Shown here piece by piece: positions 9,196 through 20,000 of a stretch of DNA of 20,000 nucleotides. The position numbers and the translations under genes were made by a program. A model generated the notes under the pieces. The model did not search any database and was not told the origin of the DNA. It saw only the letters and a list, made by a program, of their open reading frames with translations. Within the stretch, counting starts at the first letter, position 1, and each line of letters opens with the position of its first letter. Source of the DNA: Lama guanicoe. Taxonomy: Eukaryota. The DNA lies in NCBI GenBank assembly GCA_013239625.1, contig MU054323.1, forward strand, positions 20,904,992 through 20,924,991, read 5' to 3'.

Positions 9196-12100
9196 AGGGA
9201 TGTGGTGGTTAAGGATCGGGGTATGGGAGGAATCAGACCACTCTGATTTTCCTGTTCATCATAGTCAAGAAGTAGTAGAAGTTTAAAAGGAAAAGAAAAC
9301 AAAAACAAAAACAAAAAAACCCCTAACAGGAAAAGGGGCGGGGGGTTGGTCTTGTTTGTCTTTTTTCTATGCTAAGTGCTACTGCCTGAGTCGTCACCCA
9401 AAGTAACAGAAATGAACAGGCCAAGCCATAGCTGGCGTTTTAGGTCTTTGTGTTGTCTTGAGGAGATCACTGAAGCAAATTATTGTTCTATAAACAGATT
9501 AGTCCAATTTCTCTCCACAAAGCTATCTCACTGGTGGTGGGTAAGTATTCTAAGATAAGCATAAAAACCCAGACCGAAATCAAATTACATACGCTGTATA
9601 CCCAACTAATTGGTCATTAGACTATTTTGTACCAATAAATCAGGTTCCCTGACTACAGAATGGCTTTCCGATGGCTTCGTGCATCTACCTAACTGTGGTA
9701 ACACAGAGCTATTTTTTGTTGAGTTCTGATTATATTACTTATGTTACTTGGAAAATGTTACCTTCCTTTTCTCAAACTCTTTCAGTATGGTTATTTTTCC
9801 TTAAAGATTTTTCCAAATCTTTATTATTTCATTAGCTAAATTTTCCACTCCATTCATTCTTTGGTCAAGTATTGTGTTTATTATTTCAAGGTTCATGTTT
9901 ATTATTTCAATTAAACTAAACAGTGACAGATGTGCAGGAAGGTTCTGTGCATGTGCACACACATTTAAAAAAGGGAACACAGCCCTGAAGCATGGGGAAA
10001 TTTTAAGCTTTAAAAATGACTTGCCCAAATGAGATCCAGTGAGAAAGCTACATATCAACAGAAGCCATCTTAACCTCCCTCACCAGTGTCAAACACTGTT
10101 GAGGTTTACTGCCAGCTAAAACATCAGGGGGCTGTTCTGAAGCCTCGGCTGCAGGCATACGTAATAAGAATGACCAAGACTAAACTGAATTACCAATCAG
10201 AAGGCCATGGGGAGAAGGGTAGGATACGGTGGATTAAAAGAAGTGGTTAGAAAGATGTACCAAATTGTTGGTTCTCTTAATATTTAACATAACCATTCTC
10301 TGAGATCAAGGAGAAAAAAATTAATATTAAAAACTCTGGGAACTTTGCCAACAAAGCTGAGATAGAATTTACTCACTAAGAACAAGATTCCTCTGTTATT
10401 GAGTCTAAATGACTCAGTATTACTATGAGAACTTAAAAAATGAGTATTCAAAGTTCCAGAAAGAAGGTAACATCTGACTCAACTATGGAGTAGACTTAAA
10501 AATAAAAATTCAGGGGTCACAAACCAAAGACACAAAGATTTAGACTTTAAGTAATCCACTAAAGAAACGGGAAAGTTAAAGGATTTTTTTTCTCTTTGTA
10601 AGTATTAATATGGCTTCCCAGAGTGGATGATCACTAGTTATTCTTTAACTATTAATACTTCAAATAAAATTCATAGGACATTCAGAAATAAAAAGTGTCA
10701 TATTTAGACACATTTACCAAAGAAGATGGAATTAAAGGCTTAGACAAGATTATGTACTTTTTATTTACAGTTGAATGACTTTTTCCCCAAATCTCATACA
10801 TTACATTCTAGATTTATTTCTTGCTCAATTGCATATTCTTAAGAGATCTGGTCTTTCATTCTCCAGTAAAGTAGAGGGAAATTATTTTTTCACCATTATA
10901 TTTCAATTGTTCATAAGACGTGTTCTGTTGAATTTGAATTGTAGTAGCTATAATTAACTGATGAAAGTTTAAGTACATATTTAAATTACTTCTGTCCACC
11001 ATAATTGTTGACATCCATGAGTCAGCACTAGCATTTTATGACAAAAAACAGCTAAATGTCAGTAGTTCACTTTTTTAGGCCAATAATGTGAAAATGATTA
11101 TAATTAGTGTAACAAATATTTGTAGGTTAAGCTATATTTCAGTAAGCAGAGCAATTCCATAAATTGAAGAGCAAGACAATAGCAAGTGCTCATGAACCTA
11201 CCTTCTAGATTTAGAATTGTAGACAACAATTTAATCCCCTTAGAGTTAAGCTTCTAATTTATGGGTGAATTAATGAATGGTAGATTCCCCAGTTTAGCAC
11301 TCTAGTTTAGGATTATGTTCATTTTCATTGAAAGAATAACTTAAAATACTAAGATCATAGAGAGAAAATAAGCAAATATGAATTTCATCAGAAACTCAAA
11401 TTTAGAGTTGTAACTTTAATGCACTTAACCACTCCAATCAAATGCTTAAGCAGGTAATTACGAACAGGCAGATAATTGTGTTTTTTAAAGAGTGCATGAA
11501 TATTTCATCAAACTCTAAACAGAAAGTACCATACAAGAAAATCAGATTCTAGAAAATTAACACAGCTTGTGCCTGTGCGTGCACGCGTGCACATACTCAA
11601 GTGTGGCTTACAAAAAATTCTCAGAAAAAAAAGAACAGTGTCTGCCATTCTTATTTATTCTTAGATGATTGTTTAATACTGAAGTCAGTTTACATGTGAA
11701 GACATTTTGAATAATCCTATTAAAAACCAATTCAAACAAATGTGGCTCATGTTTAACTCTTCGGTTATTTATCCATTAATCTCTTTAAGTGCTTCCTTCC
11801 TTAACACAGCTGTAGTTCAAGAGGTGGCCAGCAGTTGGCCTCCATTTTAGTGGATTTCCATGAAAGCCCAGATTTCTTTCTGCAAACTTTAAAAATGCTG
11901 TCTGCCTAAATAACTTTTTCATAACTTAAGTGCTTATAAAAGGCTTTCAGAATGATCCAAAAGAAACACATTTTCTTTTAAAAATAAAAACCAAACAAAA
12001 GGAAGCCACACACACTGTAAAGATGTTCTCTGTGAAACATTCTGTTCAGCAGATCTGAAATGTCTCCAAAGGGATGAAGAACCACTTGGTTTGGAAGCAA

Positions 12101-12289
12101 CAGTTGGGAACTCATAACAGGCTGGTTAAAAGCCAACAGTGACAGCCATAAGGAGATCTTTAAAGCATATTAAGAGTGGCTGAGATACCAGGCACTGGGC
12201 CTTGCCTAGTCTCCCCACTTAATCTATTTGGAATGCCTTCAACTGTACTTTCAACCACATAGTACAGTTGTTCAAAAGCCTCTGACCAC

Positions 12290-12625
12290 GGTCCTCTCTT
12301 CTTTTTTCCTTTTAAGCTCTTCCCTAAAGACTGCAATCCTACTAACTATGATGTTTATGAAGACAGTTCATAAATCTACATCTATGTTTCTGTAATATCA
12401 CCCAAACTAATCCCCTGTCTCCAAGTTCTGACATATATTTCTGCCAGGATATGCCACCATCATCTACACTCAACACATACAAAACAAATGTATTCATCTT
12501 GATTCAACTAATTACCTCTTTCAGTCTCCATGCCTTTGTTACCATCAATCCCATTTTTCTGGTCACCAGAAATTAATCTGCAGGGACAGTCGTGGACTCC
12601 CTGGTGACACATTCAGTTTGGTTCA
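12290..12625 (+). mobile_element. Degenerate L2 fragment (continues after the MLT1 insertion)
   Basis: aaatctacatcta..., ccaggatatgccaccatcatctacactcaacacatacaaaacaaatgtattcatctt. Confidence 0.5.
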
Positions 12626-13127
12626 TGTGGTAGATTACATTCTTCAAAGATGGCCAGTGCAGTATCTCCCAGCCCACACTTCTTTCTACAACATGATCTT
12701 GCCACTTCACCATGGTAAAGTCTAATTCCTCTCATCTTGAATCCAACTGGCCTTAAGGCTCACTTAGAACCAAAAGAATGTAACTGAAGCAATGCTATGA
12801 GACTTCCAAGCTAGGTCAGAAAAGACCACACAGCTTCTGCCTGTTCTCTTGGAATACTCTCTCTGGAGGATGCCAGCTGCCATGTAAGAATTTCAACTAC
12901 CCTAAGACTGCTATGCTGAGAGGCCACGTGTAGTCCCAACTAGGCCCTGTCTTCTAGCCATCCCATGAAGGTATCACAAATTTGAGTAAAGTTGTCATGA
13001 ACTCCCTAATCAGTTCATCTACCAGCTGAACACCACTAGCTGAATTCAGTAAATACCCCAAGGAGAAGAATCACCCAACTATGCACTGTCTTAATTCTTG
13101 ACACATAAAATCATGAAATGAAATAAT
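12626..13127 (+). mobile_element. MLT1 (ERVL-MaLR; MLT1H/G/F-like) solo LTR, 3'-truncated
   Basis: Starts tgtggtagatt...aaagatggcc; contains gacttccaagctaggtcagaaaag, cagcttctgcctg, ccagctgccatgtaagaa, gaagaatcacccaact, aattcttgacacataaaatcatga. Confidence 0.8.
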
Positions 13128-13389
13128 CCACAGCTTCCTTTCTAAGCATTCAAAATATCACACATAGAGTTTTTACTCTGTGGGGGGCTGAATGTTAACT
13201 GAGACGCCACTTCCCTCCCTCCATTCCCAGAGCCACGGTCGCAGAGCAAGTTCTCAGCACCTCAGCTCTGATTGTTATAACTGATGCTAGGCTCCCCTCA
13301 CTTCAGTCTGTCATTACAATCTATCTAACATAATACTTCCAACTGAAAAGCTACTTTAATGCACCAATACCATAACCAATGTCAATCTC

Positions 13390-13640
13390 ATAATGTTTTA
13401 CATTTGTATTAAGTTTTATAATGCAAAAGGGTCTTCGTAAATATCTGTTTTACTTGATCCACATAACAAAAGCCAGAGAGACTTGGCAATTAGGGCAAAT
13501 AGTCTTTATCTTATTTTATAGATGAAGAAATCAGAGGCTAAGGAGATTAACTTTTGTACAATCTCGTTGCCAGTAAATAGAATGGATATAAGCAGTACTA
13601 AGACTGTGTCATAATCGCTATTTCTCTCTTCCACATGCCT
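13390..13640 (-). mobile_element. MIR SINE
   Basis: cttgatccacataacaa...tttatcttattttatagatgaagaaatcagaggctaaggagattaac. Confidence 0.65.
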
Positions 13641-13649
13641 CCTGTGATC

Positions 13650-14262
13650 TATTTCAGATCAGAAATCTTCAATGGCTCTCTCTGTCCCTACTACAACAAA
13701 TCTACTTTCTAGGTATCCATAATTTGGCCTCCATCTATACAATTACTTGGCATTGCCTCCTAACTCTACCGCCATCACCACCATCACTCCACTCAGACTG
13801 ACTTAATTCCTCACCTAACAATATGCCATGCTGACTCTAGCCTCTGAATATTTGTTCACAAAGTCTCCTCCTACCAACTGAAAACTTACTCACGCTCTAG
13901 TCCAAATTCCACCTCCTCCATTAAGCCCTACCAGCCTACCCTTGTGGCTTTCTCTCTCTGCTATTCCTATAGAATTTGTAAATTTTACCCAAATTTTGAC
14001 AGTTATATTCAGCTAACACACATCCATACAGGCCAAGATGTTGGGTGCTTATAGCCAGTGTCTGTTGTGACTGATGAGTACCCATGACATACCATTTGTT
14101 AAATATTTTGAACTTCATCCCTGCTTATTTCCCCAACTAAACCATAAGTTCTTTGAGAACAGGAACACTGTCTCATAAAGAAGTATTGTATCCTCCAAAC
14201 CAAGCACTAAGTACTAAGCACACAGCTAGTGTTCAATATATATATTTGCTAATTGATTTGAA
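13650..14262 (+). mobile_element. L2 3' region and tail
   Basis: aaatcttcaatggctctc, ccataatttggcctccatcta, tccaaattccacctcctccattaagcc, ataagttctttgagaacaggaacactgtct, gcacacagctagtgttcaata. Confidence 0.65.
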
Positions 14263-14273
14263 GGGAGTGAAGT

Positions 14274-14301
14274 GTGTTGTGTTGTGTTGTGTTGTGTTGT
14301 G
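14274..14301. repeat. (GTGTT)5+ pentanucleotide microsatellite
   Basis: Five perfect units plus gtg. Confidence 0.9.
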
Positions 14302-15258
14302 AGAAAAAAAATATTCTTAAGTCATGTCTACACTGGAAAGAAAGTTGAAAAGATAGCAAAATATTTTCAGGATCAGCAGTTTAATGTCAGGGACATTTTT
14401 TTATGTACCATTTAAAGATATTCTGTGCAGGCCATAACTGCCAAAATGTTTTATAAATGTTTTTACCAGGAGTGTGAAAAAAATGTTTTAAAAATATTCA
14501 AGGAGTAGATGTCTTAACAGCCCAAAATAAAATGTTTGCTGAGGCTACAAAGCTGGCAGAACTCTGCTTCATTTCAAAAAGTTTCCAGGCAATGGAAATG
14601 TTTTCCTGGAAAATACTACCTTTTATTTAGAGAACACTTAGTCATTAAGTAATTTAAGGTTTCCTCACAAGCTCTTTGGAGGAAATCTATTATATGAATG
14701 AATGAAATTATCGGCACCTATAATGTCGAAAAAAATACATTTGTGTAAATATATGAACTCTACCTAAGTATTTTTCCAAGTAAGGGGGAAAAGTCTTTTA
14801 TACTTTCTGGTCTATTTACTGTTCTCTCAATTTTTTCTATGAGATAAAATTACGAAGAAAAACAAAATCCTTAAGTGTTTCTCTGTCTGTAATATACACA
14901 AATCCAAAAAATTAGAGGGCTTATTTTAGTCCACGTGTCAAGTAATTTTCAAACAGACAAAACAGTCATTTCATTCAGTGAAAATAAATGGTAACTGAAA
15001 GCTATTTTTAGCAAAATCTTTTGAGTTTGTGTCAAATCACCTTTCAATGAGAGAGACCCAGTTTGGACATTTTGCTCCATCATCTGCAGTAAATCATACA
15101 ATGAAACCTAAGAAAACAACTTTTTCCAAGAGTTCTGAAGCCAACTAAGTCATATTCTTTTAAACATCAAAAGACACAACTGAATTCTACTTGGAGCACG
15201 TGGTTTGTACATTTAGTCTTTTTAAAATGTACACAAAATGATATTTGCTTTCTTTTAC

Positions 15259-15368
15259 CTGTTAAGTATTTCAGTGAGTTTCACAAAGCCAGTATAAGCC
15301 AGTTCAAATGCTCCTCTGTGCCTGGACTATGGAAGGTGTTGTTTAAAGTAAGCTCCTATTTCTTTTAC
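15259..15368 (-). CDS. THADA: THADA internal exon (110 nt, phase 0 to phase 2), probably equivalent to human exon 22; reads VKEIGAYFKQHLP*SRHRGAFELAYTGFVKLTEILN(R) with an in-frame TAG
   Basis: Manual translation of the reverse complement matches recalled human VKEIGDYFKQHLLQSRHRGAFELAYTGFVKLTEVLNR. Acceptor tttgttttgaAG (15369-15370), donor AACAG|GTaaaa (15257-15258). The split codon AG|A joins in frame to the 1360-1492 exon. Not in the ORF track (short and interrupted). Confidence 0.93.
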
Positions 15369-15464
15369 CTTCAAAACAAAATCGAAAATAAATATTCAAT
15401 TTATGCTGACATTGACAGATGTATTTATGTTAGCAACATCATTTAGAACTCAGGTCTAGATGCC

Positions 15465-15716
15465 CATCCATTTAGCACCTACTATGTGACAGGCAGTATT
15501 TTAAGCATTTTTATAATTCACAATTAATTCCAATAATTGCATGAAATAAGTGTTATTATTACCTTTTTTAAATGGGGGAGGGGGGAATGAGACCCAGAAA
15601 GGCCAAGTAACTTATTCAAGATCACACAGCAAGTAAGTGGTAGACCCAGTACATAAACCCAGGCAACCTGGCTCCAGAGCTGGCCAGGGTTAACTGCCAC
15701 CCTTGAACTGCCCTCC
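15465..15716 (-). mobile_element. Near full-length MIR SINE ~100 bp upstream of the 110-nt exon acceptor
   Basis: agcacctactatgtgacaggca...gagacccagaaaggccaagtaacttattcaagatcacacagcaagtaagtggtaga...aaacccaggcaacctggctccagagc. Confidence 0.85.
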
Positions 15717-15835
15717 CTACACCAGCCTCACGAACCTCACTGTGATCACTCTGTTAGCTTGTACCATCCAGCACCAAGAGCAAATCACACACGGCGACAA
15801 CCCTCACACACCTAGGCCCAGGTGAAATCATTACC

Positions 15836-16026
15836 TTTTTTTCTCTTCAAAAATTTTTTTTCTGCTGTAGTTGAAATACACATAACATAAAATTTATCAC
15901 TTTAACCATTTTTAGGTGTACAGTTGAGTGGTATTCAATATATTCACTCTGTTGTGTGACCATCATCCATCTACAGAATTTTTTCACTTTCCCAAACTGA
16001 AGCTCCAACCCATTAAACAATACTTC
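15836..16026 (-). mobile_element. L1MB-like 3' end fragment with degenerate poly(A)
   Basis: T-rich run, then aaatacacataacataaaatttatcactttaaccatttttaggtgtacagttgagtggtatt...cagaattttttcactttcccaaactgaagctc. Confidence 0.8.
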
Positions 16027-16524
16027 TGATAATTACCTTTTAGAGATACACAAATGTTATTGGCCATGCAAGATTTAGTGCAAAGGGCCTCCTGAAAATG
16101 GACAGGCTTCCACTCTGAGTCAGAACCATGGAACTTTCCAGAACGCTACCCAAACGCTCTCTTACATGCTGCCTTTCTCCATGCAAGTTTAAACAAATAT
16201 AAAATATGACAGTGTATCTTAAAGAAGACATGACTAACAATTAGCTGTTGATGAGGTTTTGTACAGCATTACCTGTTAAATTGGTTGGGATGAATGTATT
16301 TTTATACCATTAAAATCTGGTGGCTGATAAGCTTTAGAAAATTCAGATTTTGTATAAAACTCAGGACCAAAGCTACAACTGGCTCTCTCTTGATCTCTTG
16401 ATCCAGGTCTCCCCAGGGATCACAGAATGATGAAAAAGCAAGCTAACCCAAGATAGCTCAGATATGCTTATCTAGAAAGTTTCCACTTCAGCACAGTGAC
16501 TAATATTTCAGCACACATTAGAGA

Positions 16525-16700
16525 TGATATACAGTAGAAAGAGCAGTTAAATATGTGACCACAGGCAACTGTCTCAGTTTCCTCGTCTATAAACTGGGAA
16601 TAATAATAGCACTTACCTCACAGACTGTGTGTTAAAAGGAGTTAATAAATCTAAAAGCTCAGAAGAGGCCCGTAACTTATAAACCAATTCAGTTCAGTGT
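16525..16700 (+). mobile_element. MIR SINE (internally deleted)
   Basis: tgtctcagtttcctcgtctataaactgggaataataatagcacttacctcacagactgtgtg. Confidence 0.8.
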
Positions 16701-17664
16701 AAGCTCTGTCTAGGTTTCCAAATACAGAAAAGGTAAAGACATACTCTAAACTCAAAGTTTATACAATTATACTAAGATGAGTGATAACATTTAAAGAAAT
16801 ACGAATCAGATATGAGATCAAGAAAAAATCAAAAATGGAGTAAATAACAGAAGTTTTAAAATGCTAACACTTCAATATCCCCAAAGAGTGACATGTCATG
16901 TTCTTCAGCTAAAGTTTTCAGGTGAAGATCTGATGACACCCCTAAATTTTAATACCTTTTATAGGCCACATACTAGTTGTCAAAAGTCAGTCAGGGTAAG
17001 CCTTATTATTCTACCTTCAATATGTAATTTCAGAGTATATTTTGAACAGAATTATCACACCCTAAATCTGACTTTAACCCCCAAGACAGACCTGACGCTC
17101 AATAACCCTACAAAACAGAAAGAAGAAACACCACTTAACTAATTTGTTATGACCATCATTTCTATTACTAGAGAAATAAAAGAAGATTTCTAAAAAAGGT
17201 ATTTTAAGCTAGAAAGAATAAAAACAGGAAGCCACAGAGACGGGGTCTAATATCCTTATTTTTTTTAAACGTTACAGATACTAAAACATACTTCAGGAAA
17301 ATGTAAATGTTACTGGTAAAGTGCTTTTCTGTGGACTTACAGCGGTTCACAATTTAATTCTTAAGCAAAGATCAGATTTGCGTTGCTTCCTTTATCTTAA
17401 CACTCTTCAAAGGGGCTTAAATCAAAAACATATAATAAAATCAAAGACCTCAGAAGCATGACCAGTGGGTGGTCTCTCGTCTCAAGGGTAGACTTCAACC
17501 CTAGGTAATCTTGGCCTCATAAAACAGAATGAGGTTCTAAGGGCACAAGTGAGAGAGAGTTTTTCCTCGTTTCCTTTTTCACTTAATTTCCCAACAAACT
17601 CACCCATGTTAATACCCAGGCTTATTATGAACTTCTCCCTTTGAAGAGGGTATAAAATTTCTGT

Positions 17665-17785
17665 TAATCAGACAGTAAGTACTTCTTGAGCACCCTGCCA
17701 AGTGCTTAGCAGCTTAGCTCTGGGTAGACCCAGAAGAACAAAACAAGGTGCCTGTCCTTAGAAGGCTTTCAGTTCAGAGAAAACC
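17665..17785 (-). mobile_element. L2 3' tail fragment
   Basis: agtacttcttgagcacc...aacaaaacaaggtgcctgtccttagaaggctttcagttcag. Confidence 0.5.
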
Positions 17786-18864
17786 AATAAGCTGGATGGT
17801 CCCCATTAGAAGCTTAACAGTGTTAAGAAATGAAACATCTTTTTGCCTTGAAATAAATTATTAGAAAAAGCTTCATGACCAGACCTTAAACAGGATATAC
17901 TTGGGTGAACCAATATGGAAACGGATAATTAACATAAGAAGAAGCTAGGATACTAGAGTGAGCAAACAAACACTTATTAAGTACCTGATACCTGTCTGAC
18001 ATGCTACTGGGTCTTTTTATGTGAATGAAAAAAGACTATACATGAGAGTGATAGTAGACCTGGCTGAACGGCCTCGAGGTATCATACCAGAAGGCAGCAG
18101 AAGACAGGGCTGCAAGGTAGGGAGGTACCCTATCACAACGGGGGGGAAGAGACAGCAGGGGCAATGCGGTCCATGAGCAGATGGACCGGGAAAAGAGGCC
18201 ATGCTGATACCCTCCTCTTGGATGATCAGACTACAAGGAACATACTTAATGCTGTAGAAACTTATGACAAGAGTAGAACAAGTAGAATGTTTAAATTTAA
18301 CTTAAAAAATAAAAAGTCCTCTGAAAATTCAACTTAATTGCCTTTCAATCTATTAGATACCACTAAATTCCTATTCAAAGTTCACAAAAACTTTTCTTTT
18401 AATATGCATGATGTCTTCACAAAATATTTTCTTAATAAGTAATATATACCTCAGAATTTTTGAAAGGGAATTAAGGTACAAAAAAGAACCAAAAAAAGCA
18501 CTGATTTCTATTTTTAAAATTAAATTCTGGTCACTGTCTCTTTAAGTTTAGCATAGCCTTGCTCTAACTTTTCATAAAACCTAAGTCTATAGGCAAATTA
18601 GCATGTTTTATGGATTTACAGGGTGTAAATTTCCACAGGGAAGGACAGCTACATGCCATCTCCAGGCATCTATAATTCACCAGCAGACTAAATAGAGGAG
18701 CTAAGTGCTCATCTAGAATATAAAATCCACAAAGGGCCAATGTAAATACATTTTTTTATTTATCCTTTATCTATACACTAAAGAGAAATACAGTATAAAA
18801 ATCAAAGCCAACTCCCTTCACCATAAATTAGAAAGGCCAAAAAGACTGACGTATATAGGTCAGA

Positions 18865-19112
18865 CACTTCTACAAAGAGCATGCGTACTGGTTGAAATCA
18901 GGGAATTCGAAGCCAAGAGGGCTGTGTTCAGGAACTCTACTCAGGCTCCTTACGAATACAGGCTGATAAAGCAACAGAGTTCCTTCATCTGTGAAATGGG
19001 GATAAAACTAGAACGTACTTCACAGATTATTCTCAGAAATAAATGGGATGATGCATCTAAGCATCTAGCAGAGTACCTGGCAGAGAGTAGCAATCAATAT
19101 TGCTAACTGTCA
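18865..19112 (+). mobile_element. MIR SINE
   Basis: gttccttcatctgtgaaatggggataaaa...aaatgggatgatgcatctaagcatctagcagagtacctggcagagagtagcaatcaata. Confidence 0.8.
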
Positions 19113-19509
19113 ACTCTTGTTTTTATTTTGTGTCACCTAGTAGTAAGACTTAATCCCTAAACCTTAAATTTTACTTTAAGACACAGCCACTTTTTATAAC
19201 CTTGGGAATGTCAACAGGAGATTCTAATTCCATTTTGGTTAAATGGAATAGTTTATAAAAGTGTACACTACAGTAAGATAATTAATGTTTTAAACTGGAC
19301 ATTCTCTACTACAGTGATTTCTTACTAACACTTGGGATTTCTTCAAAGCCCAAACACTGTCCTCCTACATAATGATAACAAAGGCAATGGTTTTCTGGTA
19401 TTCAGACATCTTCCTACCAGAATGTTTATTCTTTGCTTTCTGGCAAATTCTTAACCATGTGCCATTTTAACAACTGCCCTTTAGTCTGACTTTTTAAAAT
19501 GAATTTCTG

Positions 19510-19622
19510 TCTTGTATGCTCTATTATATTTCTAAACCCTTTGAGGTCAGAGAACCACATGTTGTATTTCTTAATGTTCCCAGAACACCCTTGTAGTAAA
19601 GCAGTCAACAAACAGCTGACAA
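19510..19622 (+). mobile_element. L2 3' tail fragment
   Basis: taaaccctttgaggtcagagaaccacatgttgtatttctt...agtaaagcagtcaacaaacagctgac. Confidence 0.5.
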
Positions 19623-20000
19623 AATGATGTGATTATATGCTCAAGTTCATTTTACAGCTTAAAGTGCTAACCTGCATTCAGCACAATTCAATATATACTT
19701 ATTCACAATTTCTAAAAAATAAACTTTGGTAAATACAAAAGACAATTTCTTTTAAGACTTATGCATGCTAATAATCATACATCCCATTTACAGTCCATTA
19801 ACAAAAATCTAAAACAGCAACAAAAGGTACTGAGGGAATGTGTAAACCCAGTTAGCCACATACATCATGAAAAGTACAACAGAATCTAAAGTAGGAGTTT
19901 AAAAAAAATTGCTGATTTCTAATTGTTGATAATTATTTTTATTCATGTGATTTCTGTGGCAATAATTACTAGGAAGGGGAAAGCAGATCTGAAAAAAAAA

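Larger units (their letters stand above)
1493..15258 (-). other. THADA: THADA intron (~13.8 kb, GT-AG, phase 2)
   Basis: Bounded by GT at 15257-15258 and AG at 1493-1494 on the minus strand. The flanking exons encode contiguous protein sequence. Confidence 0.88.
1360..15368 (-). pseudogene. THADA: Possible inactivated THADA allele or copy (nonsense codon plus disrupted acceptor region)
   Basis: TAG at 15327-15329 and a duplicated splice acceptor at 1466-1671. Only two exons are visible, and sequence error is not excluded. Confidence 0.45.

Noticed and set aside
15327..15329. Recoding of the stop (selenocysteine, pyrrolysine or programmed readthrough)
   Set aside because: The codon is TAG, not TGA; pyrrolysine is not used in mammals; the 3' context (TCC) is not the CUAG readthrough motif.

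Overview
AT-rich, CpG-depleted eutherian genomic DNA from inside the THADA gene (Trm732 homologue, DUF2428/armadillo-type repeat protein), transcribed on the minus strand. Two internal coding exons are recognisable: 15259-15368 (110 nt) and 1360-1492 (133 nt), separated by a ~13.8 kb intron. From my recollection of the human gene they are probably exons 22 and 23 (about aa 1089-1169). The rest is intron filled with ancient repeats (MIR, L2, old L1/HAL1-like, MLT1 LTR, MER81). Both exons show damage. The 110-nt exon has an in-frame TAG (15327-15329) where the human protein has Gln. The acceptor of the 133-nt exon has been duplicated by a 156-bp complex templated insertion (50-bp direct duplication flanking a ~105-bp copy of sequence from ~520 bp away). 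The two exons sum to 243 nt with phase-0 outer boundaries, so they could be co-skipped in frame, and the 110-nt exon has the same 12-mer at its acceptor and donor (recursive-splice-like). Together this suggests an inactivated or eroding THADA copy, but assembly or base-call error cannot be excluded from sequence alone. No prokaryote-type system is present, and the other short ORFs in the track look spurious.
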